A stretch of DNA of 64,000 nucleotides, from positions 1,376,001-1,440,000 of the forward strand of contig CBDBCZ010000016.1 of the NCBI GenBank assembly GCA_965203295.1. The letters are read 5' to 3'. Each line of letters opens with the position of its first letter. Within the stretch, counting starts at the first letter, position 1. The position numbers and the translations under genes were made by a program. This document shows positions 48,126 through 60,700 of this stretch, piece after piece. The stretch comes from Nitrospirales bacterium (GTDB taxonomy: Bacteria > Nitrospirota > Nitrospiria > Nitrospirales > UBA8639). Below the pieces are notes generated by a model. It was not told the DNA's origin and searched no databases. It worked only from the letters and a program-made list of their open reading frames with translations.

Positions 48126-51100
48126 ATGAGCTCCCGAATATTAGCTCTGCTGTTTGGAATCATTCTTCCACTGTGTTCTGCGCAGACAAACTACTATGTC
48201 AAACCAACGGCTGATACACAGTGTCCAGTTGGCGTCCCAGAATCAAACTGCCTCACACTCGCTGAATACGTTGGACAAGCAGACCAGTACTTCACCCCTG
48301 GTGTTACTTTGAAGTTCCTTTCTGGGGTCCACACTCTGCATTGCAATGTCTCAGTTGAGGATATTGATAGTCTGACGCTTGAAGGAGACGCTAGCAATAC
48401 CCCAGATGTCCCAAGCAGAATCGTGTGTACCTGGCCAGCCGGCTTCTTGTTTCAAAACATCAGCCGGCTACTAGTTAACTCTTTAGCCTTTGCTAATTGT
48501 GGGAGTGTTGACAATGCAGCAATAAGGATTATGTCTGTAGACTCTTGCGAGTTTAGAAGGTGCTTGTTTGATAGCAACATGAACCAGCAGAGTACTGGCG
48601 GAGCTCTAGAGGTCAAAGGTGGCCAGCTCACCATCACTGAATCTCGTTTCGACAAGAACTATGGTGGAGGGGTGTACGCCAACAATGCTGTTGTAAACAT
48701 CCGAGATAGCACATTCACTGATAATATTCCAGCACTACTTGGTGGAGCAATCTTTGTTTCCGAAGGTAATGTGACCATATATGGAGACACAAGAATGACG
48801 GGTAATTTCGCGCAGTATGGTGGTGGTATTGCTGTAGTAGAAAGCACACTTGATCTGGATGGAACTTATACAATTCACCGAAATGGAGCTGGATTTGGTG
48901 GGGGTATCTATGCACAGGAGAGCTTTATACAATTAACAAACACTACTAGTTTAAGTAGCAATGCTGCTACTTATGGAGGTGGAATATATGCATTAAGGGC
49001 CGTACTTCTCTTTGAAGGATACCACAGTTTCGTGGATAACTCAGCTACAATGGATGGAGGAGCACTGCTTCTCGTCAGTGATTCTTCCTGCTCTTTCTCG
49101 AGTAATACCATAGTAGACTTTGTGGGTAATAGTGCTGAGAAACAGGGAGGAGCGATCAAAGCAGACGACCTTAACCCCCTGACATACTGCACTGAGAGTA
49201 CATTAGCGTTTCAAACTCAGTGTTTTTTCCGAGTTCCCCCCTTACGTCAGTACAGTGGACACCCCAACATCACCTTAAACTTTTACAACAATAGCGCTGC
49301 TGAAGGAGGCGGAGATATTTTCGGAGGATCGATAGATAACTGTGAAATCCCATACGTAACAACAGACAATCTGACCAGTGGTCAAGCGTTTGATCTCATC
49401 AAAAATAAATCAGTAACGTCTCTTGATATTACATCCGTCCCACTCCAGATTTGCAATTGTGAAAACGACCAGATGAACTGCAACAGCCCACTGCTACGGA
49501 AAGCCGTATACCCCGGTGGAACTGTGCAAGTTTCCGTGGTGGTGCTTGGGCAGAGAGGTGGAATCACTACAGATGATGTCAGACTTTATTTGCCACCCCC
49601 GAGTGAAATTGAAGTGGAACCAAGTCAAATTACCCAGAGAACTAATCGAAAGTGCACCACTTTAAAGTACACAATACGTTCCTCGGCTGTGAATAAAACA
49701 CATAATAAATTACTAATTCCGGTTCAAGGGCCATGTCCACGAGTGTTTGTCAACGTCTCCCTTCAGATTCTTCCCTGTCCTCCTGGCTTTGAATTGTCAC
49801 AGCAGCAAGCGTGCATTTGTGACCAAAGACTGGCTGACTACACAAATACTTGCAGTGCAGATGATGGCACCATTCTACGTGATACTAGTGACTCCTTTTG
49901 GGTCGGCGTTGATGATGAAACTCAAGAGCTGCTTCTCCACCCCTCGTGTGTCTATGACTACTGCATATCGGAGACTTCAAAATTTATATCGGTGAACAAA
50001 AGTGATGCCCAATGTAACTACAATAGATCAGGAAAAGTGTGTGGAGGCTGTAGTGAAGGCTTAAGTGTTGTTCTAAGTAGCTCTCGCTGCTTGCAATGCT
50101 CTAACAGCTATCTAGCTCTCCTGGTTCCATTCGCTCTTGCTGGTATTGCTTTGGTGTTTCTGCTGTTTGTGCTCAATTTGACAGTAACCATGGGTACTAT
50201 CAACGGGCTAGTCTTCTACGTCAACGTTCTTGCTGCAAGCAACATCTTCAGCACTGGAGAGAGGAATGTGTTAACTGTATTCGTAGCTTGGTTAAATTTG
50301 GATCTTGGAATCGAGACCTGTTTTTATGACGGCATGGATGTATACGGGTATGCGTGGCTCCAGTTTGCATATCCAATATACATATGGCTTCTAGTTGGAC
50401 TGGTAGTCCTCGCCAGCCATTATTCTTCCAAAATAGCTAACCACCTGGGACACAACCCTATTTCAGTGCTTGCAACACTTTTTCTTCTCTCTTACACAAA
50501 GCTTTTTCGTGCTATTTGCACTGCTGTTTCCTACACAGATGTGTTTTATCCCGCCTCAAGGAGCAGAGTTTGGTTTGAAGATGCCAATGTAGTCTTCTTG
50601 AGGGGCAAACATATTCCTCTCTTTTTCTTTTCAGTTGTAGTATTCGTGCTTTTTAGTGCCCCTTTCACGCTGGTACTTCTTTTTGGGAGCTTGATGCGAA
50701 AATCTAATAGCAGACTACTTGCGTGGATCAACTCTCCTAAACTAATGAAGCCATTCCTTGATGCCTTCTATGCCCCGTACAAAGACAACCACCATTACTG
50801 GACTGGCTGGCTACTGCTCCTTCGCTTCATCCTGTTTCTTTCCTTTGTCATCAATTCTTTTGGAGATATAAGCTTTAATCTCTTCATGATTATCCTGGGC
50901 AGTTTTACTACTCTAGCATTGGCTTGGAATACTGGAGGAATTTACAAGAACTGGTGTCTCGACTTACTTGAATCATTCTTTTTCCTCCAGTTGGGCATCT
51001 TTGCTGCTGGTGTTTACTATGTGAGAGAAATTGATGGTAATCTAGCTGCACTTTCCTATACAATGCTTAGCATAGACTTTCTGGTGTTCATTGGAATAAT

Positions 51101-51332
51101 CATTTTTCACATTTTTATGCGAGTAACCAAAACCAGAGTGTGGAAAAACTTGGAAATAAAAGCATCAAAGCATCTGAATGAACAGAAGGAGGACATTGAA
51201 AACAACGAAGATGTCGACATTGAGTTTCACAGAACTGTCACACAACACCATGACAACGATACCACACACAGCTGCCCAAGGGTGACATACAGTGAGCTAC
51301 GAGAGCCACTGATCGACGACTCGTATGCATAA
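48126..51332 (+). CDS. Large membrane protein: signal peptide, Pmp-like (GGAI/FxxN) beta-helix, Cys-rich stalk, ~9 TM, ITIM-like tail; copy 1
   Basis: Uninterrupted ORF from MSSRILALLFGIILPLCSA. Repeated GGAL/GGAI/GGGI with FxxN; CPPGF...CNYNRSGKVCGGC; hydrophobic helices; C-terminal VTYSELREPLI. Confidence 0.9.
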   Translation: MSSRILALLFGIILPLCSAQTNYYVKPTADTQCPVGVPESNCLTLAEYVGQADQYFTPGVTLKFLSGVHTLHCNVSVEDIDSLTLEGDASNTPDVPSRIVCTWPAGFLFQNISRLLVNSLAFANCGSVDNAAIRIMSVDSCEFRRCLFDSNMNQQSTGGALEVKGGQLTITESRFDKNYGGGVYANNAVVNIRDSTFTDNIPALLGGAIFVSEGNVTIYGDTRMTGNFAQYGGGIAVVESTLDLDGTYTIHRNGAGFGGGIYAQESFIQLTNTTSLSSNAATYGGGIYALRAVLLFEGYHSFVDNSATMDGGALLLVSDSSCSFSSNTIVDFVGNSAEKQGGAIKADDLNPLTYCTESTLAFQTQCFFRVPPLRQYSGHPNITLNFYNNSAAEGGGDIFGGSIDNCEIPYVTTDNLTSGQAFDLIKNKSVTSLDITSVPLQICNCENDQMNCNSPLLRKAVYPGGTVQVSVVVLGQRGGITTDDVRLYLPPPSEIEVEPSQITQRTNRKCTTLKYTIRSSAVNKTHNKLLIPVQGPCPRVFVNVSLQILPCPPGFELSQQQACICDQRLADYTNTCSADDGTILRDTSDSFWVGVDDETQELLLHPSCVYDYCISETSKFISVNKSDAQCNYNRSGKVCGGCSEGLSVVLSSSRCLQCSNSYLALLVPFALAGIALVFLLFVLNLTVTMGTINGLVFYVNVLAASNIFSTGERNVLTVFVAWLNLDLGIETCFYDGMDVYGYAWLQFAYPIYIWLLVGLVVLASHYSSKIANHLGHNPISVLATLFLLSYTKLFRAICTAVSYTDVFYPASRSRVWFEDANVVFLRGKHIPLFFFSVVVFVLFSAPFTLVLLFGSLMRKSNSRLLAWINSPKLMKPFLDAFYAPYKDNHHYWTGWLLLLRFILFLSFVINSFGDISFNLFMIILGSFTTLALAWNTGGIYKNWCLDLLESFFFLQLGIFAAGVYYVREIDGNLAALSYTMLSIDFLVFIGIIIFHIFMRVTKTRVWKNLEIKASKHLNEQKEDIENNEDVDIEFHRTVTQHHDNDTTHSCPRVTYSELREPLIDDSYA

Positions 51333-52098
51333 ATAATTATTCTTCACACAAATTTACTATCTGCTATAGCACAAATAGTCTTGCACTGCAACCCCCATGC
51401 AATCATTTTAAGTTGCTGTATTGCCCACATTGTGTGTTCATTTGATAAACAGCTAGCCATATTTTAGTGTCTGTAAGTACGTACCCCTTTGCTGTAACTG
51501 CATGCATGTTGTGTTAATACTTTTAGTTGCTTTGCACTACTTTTCATATTATCTTTTAATTAGCTGATAGTGTGTATTCTGTACCTTGAAATCTTAATGT
51601 AACTTTTACATGAAGACAAATCTTTGCAGGATGGCAGACTATGTGTTATGGTTCATGGGTTTATAGTACATTTTACTGAGCAGTACGTAGTTCCAATATT
51701 ACCTATGCCCATGAACTATTACCAGCTATGAACGTCTTCCTTACTGACATAAAATTGATACAGATGTGATTCTGTTTCTGTTGGTATTCAATGGAGACTA
51801 AAGGTCAATAAGGCTATATGAGCACACATGCACTATTATTTATGCTTACACGTGTTCTTTGCGGAATCTGTAATTGCAGTAAAATATCACAACATTGTAT
51901 ATACCAATGGTGCATGGAAAAAAAACTCTGCCAAGACATGCTGTCATGAAGCCCCTATAAATTTGATAGGTCTCTTATGCATGTAAACAATATTAATATA
52001 GTACACAAGGCACTCAGCAATAATAAAGGTGATTGCATGCAGGACACATAGCCACATCAGAGAAGTACTCTAATGATTAACCTTGATTTGAATGAACA

Positions 52099-52222
52099 TC
52101 ACTTTGGCATGTATATAAAACAAGAAGCTTAGAGCAAAGACCATCCACTATGCCTCCCTCTGGAATGACGTACTCCCCTGAAATTCTGTGAGGTCCCACC
52201 TCAAAGAGGTTCTTGTTGTTAG
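52099..52222 (-). pseudogene. 3' fragment of ACTMAP at a tandem-duplication junction
   Basis: NLFEVGPHRISGEYVIPEGGIVDGLCSKLLVLY matches the C-terminus of the 62872-63888 ORF. Confidence 0.88.
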
Positions 52223-52784
52223 GCCATGTCTCCTTTTTAACTACTTCATGCAGTGATCGTAATGTGTAATGGAGCGCAGTCACTTAATTCACACTCAAAA
52301 CAATTTGCACAATATATAAATACATGTATATATACGTGTAGGTGCATAAAAAGACAGTACATAGCACAAAAGCACACAGTACAGGTACAAGCTACAATTA
52401 TTTCTACTGTACACATGTACAGTAATTTTAGTAAATCGCTATCGCTCTGCCAAGTGACAGAACTAAAAGTAAATCAAAGAGCTCTGCAGTTTCCATCACT
52501 AGCTAGGCTCTCCATATTTTAGTTCTTTCATGCATGTGTGTCCTCTGATATATTGGGTGTGAATCCTTTCTGAAGTGTCATGACTGTTGGGGACTTGCTT
52601 TGATTTTGAGGTTATAAGGACATCACGGTGAATAATATGACATTATCAGGACACATGAAAGAACTGAAGAGCATGCAGTGGTGCAAAGAGGCCTGCCTGG
52701 TGTGAAGAAGAAGAAAAGTTGTAGCAATAGACTCAGTTCTTTCATATAGCTACTTAGCAGTGTCAAAGCAGGTCAAAGTAGGAT

Positions 52785-54246
52785 AGAAAATTTTTATAGT
52801 CACGCCCCGTGGACAGCAGGCCGAAATTGGCCTATGTGACAGAGAAATACAAATACAAATAGTAATAAGTAAAATTAATAAGCAAATAAAAATACAGCAA
52901 TAGAGCAGTGGTACAATAAAAGGGGTTAAAGCAATTTATATTAATACGAGTAAGAGAGGAAGGAAAGGAAGGAGACAAGGAAGTGGGGGCCTATATTTCT
53001 CAGGGCAATATTTTTTTTTTTTTGTTGTGTAATCACCAAACAAGGACCAAGACCACACTGGACAGACAGAAGGACATGTATGTTGAAATGACTAGATATT
53101 GTTGATGGAGCGATAAAATTGCAGTGTACGAAGTTTACAAAAGGGAGGAGTGGTGCATATTAACGGACGAAAAATGAAGGAGAAAAAAAAATGCTGTAGT
53201 GGTGGAGATTGTAACTATGGGATCCACCTGTAAATTAGAGGAAGGTTCTCAGGGGTGGGAGAATACAAAATTGCAAAAGTTTTGACTTGACATAAAACGA
53301 GAAGTGAGAATGGTGATGGAACTGTGCAGTGAACTTGTTGGGTAATCTATCACTTGTGGATAACTCGTCAGCAATACTGGCAGGCGTGATGTGAAACTGC
53401 AGTGACTGCACTTGTAAGGCGGAATACAAGCAAGGAAGAGATTCTCAAGGGTGGTAAGGGTTGAGCTTGCGAATACATATAATATAAGCAGAGGTTGTTT
53501 GGGATGGATAAGTTGGTTGTAAGATGATTTTTTGGGGGGGGGGGTAGGCAGATGGGGAGGGAAAATAAGGGAAGGGGAGTCAAGGGGAGTCAAGAGAGAG
53601 TAAAGATAAGAATACATGAAACATACAAGGATATAGAGATACAAATTTGATTGACAGTGGGAGGTAATATGCGCAAGTATATTCATACTATATTTTGAGG
53701 TCAACGTTCCAGTAAACTTCTGCGAAGGATAAACATGTCATAAATGAGGTCCTTTACAGCAGAATTTTCTGCACAAAGATGTAGCAGCTGGAGAGTCTTC
53801 TGCTCGGGAAGGAGGGCGTAGAAGTTAAAATCACACGCATCCGATGCTACCTTATACAGCTGAAGCCGCAGTGTTGTGAGGGGCTGGCAGTAGTTCAGGA
53901 AATGAATTTCATCTCCAATGCCCTTTGCACAAATCTCACAGTTCCTCTGTAGGAGCGGGGTTTTAGGTGTTCTGTATCTACCGGTTTCAACCTCTAGTGG
54001 GAGGCATCCACATCTTAACATTGTCGTAGATATACTATTGATGTACGGCTCTGGTCACTCTTTGTTTGGCGGTAGAATGCTAGGCGGCCACCAGTCTCAG
54101 AATTTCTAGGAGTCTCTTGAACTGACTGTCTCCATATATGGAGTTCCTGATTTACTACTGCATCCCAAAGATCTTCCACAGAATGGCCCTGTTGGATTAG
54201 AGTACACTCACACAGGGAATTAAAAATGTTGGAAGTGCGTTTGTTA
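52785..54246 (-). mobile_element. 5'-truncated LINE (CR1/L2-like): ORF2 C-terminus plus 3' UTR
   Basis: LRCGCLPLEVETGRY...RNCEIC...DEIHFLNYC zinc-knuckle-like motif (53701-54021). Interrupts GTCAAAGTAGGAT|GTC.TGAGCCA, which is contiguous at ~45695-45720. Ends approximate. Confidence 0.75.
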
Positions 54247-54709
54247 TGTCTTGAGCCAAGGTATGGCTGACCATAGATAATAGAGTATTATCTATGGGCT
54301 GAGGAGGTGTGACATTAAAGTCTGCAGTAGGTAATCTAACTGAATAATGTAGATAGCAAACCTAGAATTAACTCAAGACGTTTCACGATTCAGTTTAGTT
54401 CGGCCGGGGGCTCAGAGGGGCTCAGCCGCTCAAAAGGCTTACTTTTTAAGGCAAAAATCATGGACCTAAAGATCGGGCTGAACTGCAAGAGCATATCAGT
54501 GAGCCACTCGCCAGAAATACGGTAGATGCCTTCAATGATGGTAGAAAGTATTGACTGCTGATTTATAGCAGTCATTAGCTGGAATACCTCTCGAAAAAGT
54601 AACGCACAAACGCACAGATCCTCTTCCAAGTAAAAAAGTTCGATATACTTACCGGTCATGTGACTAGTTGCCTCTTAGCACGTGATGCTGACGTACCTCC
54701 TCTGTGCGC

Positions 54710-55523
54710 CAGAGGAGGTCGGAAGCGTATGCGGATGTAAACGGAATTCCGTCTACGTACACTTATGCGATGATGTCATGGCTCCGCGAAGAGCCAATTT
54801 GCGGAGCACGTTGCCGTCGAGTTTTGGAGTGGCTCCACTCGCCCTGCAAAGTATCTAGAGTCACTACTGCGGAATGTTTTGAAGAGCCTAGATGGGTATA
54901 AACGGATTCTGAGCGTTTAAAGACTAAAAGACCTCTGCTGTTAGGAGCCAGGGTAAGCCGAAAATGGTACTAAGAATAGAGGTTAAAAAGTAGTAGTTTG
55001 GAATCATCAGGCATAGTACTTTCATCAGGTGAAATTGCTGAGTTCATATCTCCTAGCGTTTAGGTGCTAAACATGATTCAACTCTGGCAACTTTGGAGGT
55101 ATTTCTAAATAATGCCCAACTTCAGAGGCCCATAACTCCAAAACTAAGGGCCCATAAACGGTGATTGCTAGAATCACTAACACTTGCTCTTTCAAATAGC
55201 GTAAGTCCCATGATTCTAGCTGCCTCCGTTATGGAGCTACAGCCGCTCAAACACACGTCATGTTTGCCCTCTATTCTTAGTACCATTTTCGGCTTACCCT
55301 GGCTCCTAGCAGGAGAGGTCTTTTAGTCTTTAAACGCTCAGAATCCATTTATACCCATCTAGGTTCTTCAAAACATTCCGCAGTAGCGACTCTAGATACT
55401 TTCCAGGGCGAGTGGAGCCGCTCCAAAACTCGACGGCAACGTGCTCCGCCATTGGCTCTTCGCGGAGCCATGACATCATCGCATAAGCGTACGTAGATCC
55501 ACATACGCTTCCGACCTCCTCTG
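54710..55523. mobile_element. Foldback-type element with ~260-270 bp inverted arms
   Basis: 54710-54982 is the approximate reverse complement of 55268-55523. Confidence 0.75.
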
Positions 55524-55551
55524 TCTACGTCTGTGCGCAGTGCATGAGGCC

Positions 55552-55670
55552 TAGTCTCGTGCCCAGACACCCACGCCTTTCCGGCAGCGCTAGCGAGGGG
55601 GAGGAGCGACGGTCTAGGCACGAGATCGAGCTCGTGCCCAGCCGGAAATTTCACGCTGGGCACGAGACTA
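55552..55670. mobile_element. Double-hairpin MITE TAGTCTCGTGCCCAG...CTGGGCACGAGACTA with CATGAGGCC duplication
   Basis: Two hairpins joined by GATCGAGCTC; flanking repeat of 9-10 bp. Confidence 0.75.
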
Positions 55671-55977
55671 ACATGAGGCCGGCCAGGCCACGCGCAGAGA
55701 CGCGTGACGAGTTGACCACACCCATTACTTTTAAGATATGACATCACATTCGCGCATGGCTTGCACTTCCGTCAAGATTAATTGTCTCGCGCTATTAAAG
55801 GCGCTCGGCAACTAGACACTGAGTAGAAAGTGAACCGAAAACTGTATAGAGGCGGGCAAAGAAGACCTAGGTGGGTGAAAATAGAATAGAAGGACAGTCC
55901 TTCTACTCTACATGTAGCTACTTAGCTACCGGTAGCTATCTATAGACAGCCAAAGTCAGTTGAGGACTTTTAAAATT

Positions 55978-57422
55978 GAGGGGCTGAGAAGCATAGTGTG
56001 CTAACTCGCAAACATTGAATTAGCCCCTTCAAACTGTGTCTCATGCATGCCCACAGTAAAAAAGGAATTATCATATTGACCAGAAGTTGTTCGTTGAATT
56101 TCAATTGAGTGAACACAGCCAAGAGCCATTTAATACAGCAATGGGCAATTGCTAATTACACAGTTCTTGCACTATTGACCAAGAATGTGAAAATACGTTA
56201 CTAGTGCACTAATTTAACGTTTTCTGCATTCTTGATGCACTCCCTCCGTGTATTTTGGGCCTTGGTACATGTAGCATTCAGGAACTCTGACAAGTCAACA
56301 ACACACTGCTGGTGAAATTTTTTTACTTTTTTAACTGTGCAATTCATGCCAATTTCCAGTTTGATTTTGGATTTTGGATTGGCACGAGATCTCAGCCCTT
56401 CAATTGTATATATCAGAGTATATAGGTAGGAGTTAGATCTCAAAGTGGTGTTTTGACCACAATGCTTGAATTGTCATACATTTTTGTGAGTCTTTCACTG
56501 TCTATCATGCAAGGGACTCAACACAGTAACTCGAGAAGATTCTAGGAACCTCAGGCTCCTAGAACCTCCTTCATTTAGTATGTTGAGTCTCTGAGGTTCC
56601 TGGAAACTTCTCCAGTTACTATGTTGAGTCCCAAATAGAATTGCCATATTGACTAGTGGGATGTTGTTTGAGTTTCAACATGCATGGATAATAGCAGCAA
56701 CATTACTTTCCTCTGAGTCTTACCTATGCCTCCTCTACATGCATGGTTTTACCTTAGTGATGCACTTTAATCATCCGTATCGGTAAATGCTTTCACATGC
56801 ATTCTTTTACCCACAGCGATCAATCTGTATCCATGCTTGTGATGTGTTGAAATTCAAACAACAGCCCACTAGTCAATAATTTTATTATATCAATTCTATT
56901 TTAGCTGTGCATGATTAAAAACTTACAACTTGTATAAAATCCGTATGGAAGGAGTAACAAATCACCACTTTTTGGTCTATTTCCTACTTTCATAGCTACT
57001 CAGATCAGGTATTCACTATGTAGTCAATACAGCCATTACTTTTTTCCTGTATTAATTGAAACACATTACTAGGGTGTGGTAACTATGAACTCAGGACATT
57101 ACATAACTAATATTGATATGGGAGTTTTCACACCCCTGAACGGGAACCATTGTGGAAGTAGCTGAATAGTTTATTGTACCAATAGTTAGAAGGAAATGGC
57201 TTTCTTATAGGATATTGTACATTCATGTATTTGATTAATTGCTTTCAGTTTTGTACTTCCTAGACATTTCCCACTCGTTTCCTAGTCATTGTGTTTAGTA
57301 TATAAGTGAGCATCATTGCTGTATTATTCAGTTCGATTAATGCATCTTTCAAGAAACCTCTGGTTACCACATAGGGAGAAGTCTTTTTTATTGGGTTAGA
57401 GCACTCTAGTTCTCAGCTCTTT
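55978..57422. mobile_element. Composite Sola1-like insertion
   Basis: AATT-GAGGGGCTGAGAA at 55974; internal TCTCAGCCCTTC-AATT at ~56390-56405; degenerate TIR at ~57393-57422. Absent from the paralogous site at ~46310. Confidence 0.55.
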
Positions 57423-57701
57423 AGATAACGTGTTAATTCAGAGGCATGCTCGTTCTAAAGATGATTTTTGACTTACAATAATTACACTCCTTGTGCCTAC
57501 TAGCTGCCAGGCTTAGCAGTATTAGGTTGTAAAAGAGCAAATATTTCTTGAATGGCAGGATCATGAATAATTAAGAAACAAGTATTGCAAGATTGACATC
57601 TGCTACGACCTAGTACCTCATATTTTCTGACCTCTGGCTTTACAGATTGGAACTCTGACCGTGCTATTGTATATACCGTGCAAGTATCAACACAGGAAGC
57701 T

Positions 57702-60700
57702 ATGAGCTCCCGAATATTAGCTCTGCTGTTTGGAATCATTCTTCCACTGTGTTTTGCGCAGCCAAACTACTATGTCAAACCAACGGCTGATACACAGTGT
57801 CCAGTTGGCATCCCAGAATCAAACTGCCTCACACTTGCTGAATACGTTGGACAGGCAGACCAGTACTTCACCCCTGGTGCTACTTTGAAGTTCCTGTCTG
57901 GGGTCCACACTCTGCATCGCAATGTCTCAGTTGAGAATATTGATAGTCTGACGCTTGAAGGAGACACTAGCAATACCCCAAATGTCACAAGCAGAATCGT
58001 GTGTACCTGGCCAGCCGGCTTCTTGTTTCGAAACATCAGTCGGCTACTAATTAACTCTTTAGCCTTTGCTAACTGTGGGAGTGTTGACAATGCAGCAGTA
58101 AGGATTACATCTGTAGACTCTTGTGAGTTTAGAAGGTGCTTGTTTGATAGCAACATGAACCAGCAGAGTACTGGCGGAGCTCTAGAGGTCAAAGGTGGCC
58201 AGCTTACCATCACTGAATCTCGTTTCAACAAGAACTATGGTGGAGGGATGTATGCCAACAATGCTGTTGTAAATATTCGAGATAGCATATTCACTGATAA
58301 TATTCCAGCACTACTTGGTGGAGCAATCTTTGTTTCCGAAGGTAATGTGACCATATATGGAGACACGAGAATGACGGGTAATTTCGCGCAGTATGGTGGT
58401 GGTATTGCTATGGTGGAAAGTACACTCGATCTGGATGGAACTTGTACAATTCACCGAAATGGAGCTGGATTTGGTGGGGGTATCTATGCACAGGAGAGCT
58501 TTATACAATTAACAAACACTACTAGTTTAAGTAGTAATGCTGCTACTTATGGAGGTGGAATATATGCATTAAGGGCCGTACTTCTCTTTGAAGGAAACCC
58601 CTGTTTCGTGGATAACTCAGCTACAATGGATGGAGGAGCACTGCTTCTCGTCAGTGATTCTTCCTGCTCTTTCTCGAGTAATACCATAGTAGACTTTGTG
58701 GGTAATAGTGCGGAGAAACAGGGAGGAGCGATCAAAGCAGACGACCTTAACCCTCTGACATACTGCACTGAGAGTACATTAGCGTTTCAAACTCAGTGTT
58801 TTTTCCGAGTTCCCCCCTTACGTCAGTACAGTGGACACCCCAACATCACCTTAAACTTTTACAACAATAGCGCTGCTGAAGGAGGCGGAGATATTTTCGG
58901 AGGATCGATAGATAACTGTGAAATGCCATACGTAACAACAGACAATCTGACCAGTGGTCAGGTGTTTGATCTCATCAAAAATAAATCAGTAACGTCTCTT
59001 GATATAACATCCGTCCCACTCCAGATTTGCAATTGTGAAAACGACCAAATGAACTGCAACAACCCACTGCTACGGAAAGCCGTATACCCCGGTGGAACTG
59101 TGCAAGTTTCCGTGGTGGTGCTTGGGCAGAGAGGTGGAATCACTGTAGATGATGTCAGACTTTATTTGCCACCCCAGAGTGAAATTGAAGTGGAACCAAG
59201 TCAAATTACCCAGAGAACTAATCGAAAGTGTACCACTTTAAAGTACACAATACGTTCCTCGGCTGTGAATAAAACACATAATAAATTACTGATTCCGGTT
59301 CATGGGCCATGTCCACGAGTGTTTGTCAACGTCTCCCTTCAGATTCTTCCCTGTCCTCCTGGCTTTGAATTGTCACAGCAGCAAGCGTGCATTTGTGACC
59401 AAAGACTGGCTGACTACACAAATACTTGCAGTGCAGATAATGGCACCATTCTACGTGATACTAGTGACTCCTTTTGGGTCGGCGTTGATGATGAAACTCA
59501 AGAGCTGCTTCTCCACCCCTCGTGTGTCTATGACTACTGCATATCGGAGACTTCAAAATTTATATCGGTGAACAAAAGTGATGCCCAATGTAACTACAAT
59601 AGATCAGGAAAAGTGTGTGGAGGCTGTAGTGAAGGCTTAAGTGTTGTTCTAAGTAGCTCTCGCTGCTTGCAATGCTCTAACAGCTATCTAGCTCTCCTGG
59701 TTCCATTCACTCTTGCTGGTATTGCTTTGGTGTTTCTGCTGTTTGTGCTCAATTTGACAGTAACCATGGGTACTATCAACGGGCTAGTCTTCTACGTCAA
59801 CGTTCTTGCTGCAAGCAACATCTTCAGCACTGGAGAGAGGAATGTGTTAACTGTATTCGTAGCTTGGTTAAATTTGGATCTTGGAATCGAGACCTGTTTT
59901 TATGACGGCATGGATGTATACGGGTATGCGTGGCTCCAGTTTGCATATCCAATATACATATGGCTTCTAGTTGGACTGGTAGTCCTCACCAGCCATTATT
60001 CTTCCAAAATAGCTAACCACCTGGGACACAACCCTATTGCAGTGCTTGCAACACTTTTTCTTCTCTCTTACACAAAAATTTTTCGTGCTATTTGCACTGC
60101 TGTTTCCTACACAGATGTGTTTCATCCTGCCTCAAAGAGCAGAGTTTGGTTTGAAGATGCCAATGTAGCGTTCTTGAGGGGCAAACATATTCCTCTCTTC
60201 TTCTTTTCTGTTGTAGTATTCGTGCTTTTTAGTGCCCCTTTCACGCTGGTACTTCTTTTTGGGAGCTTGATGCGAAAATCTAATAGCAGACTACTTGCGT
60301 GGATCAACTCTCCTAAACTAATGAAGCCATTCCTTGATGCCTTCTATGCCCCGTACAAAGACAATCACCATTACTGGACTGGCTGGCTACTGCTGCTTCG
60401 CTTTATCCTGTTTCTTTCCTTTATCATCAATTCTTTTGGAGATAGAAGCTTCAATCTCTTACTGATTATCCTGGGCAGTTTCACTACTCTAGTATTGGCT
60501 TGGAATACTGGAGGAATTTACAAGAACTGGTGTCTCGACTTACTTGAATCATTCTTTTTCCTCCAGTTGGGCATCTTTGCTGCTGGTGTTTACTATGTGA
60601 GAGAAATTGATGGTAATCTAGCTGCACTTTCCTATACAATGCTTAGCATAGACTTTCTGGTGTTTATTGGAATAATCATTTTTCACATTTTTATGCGAGT

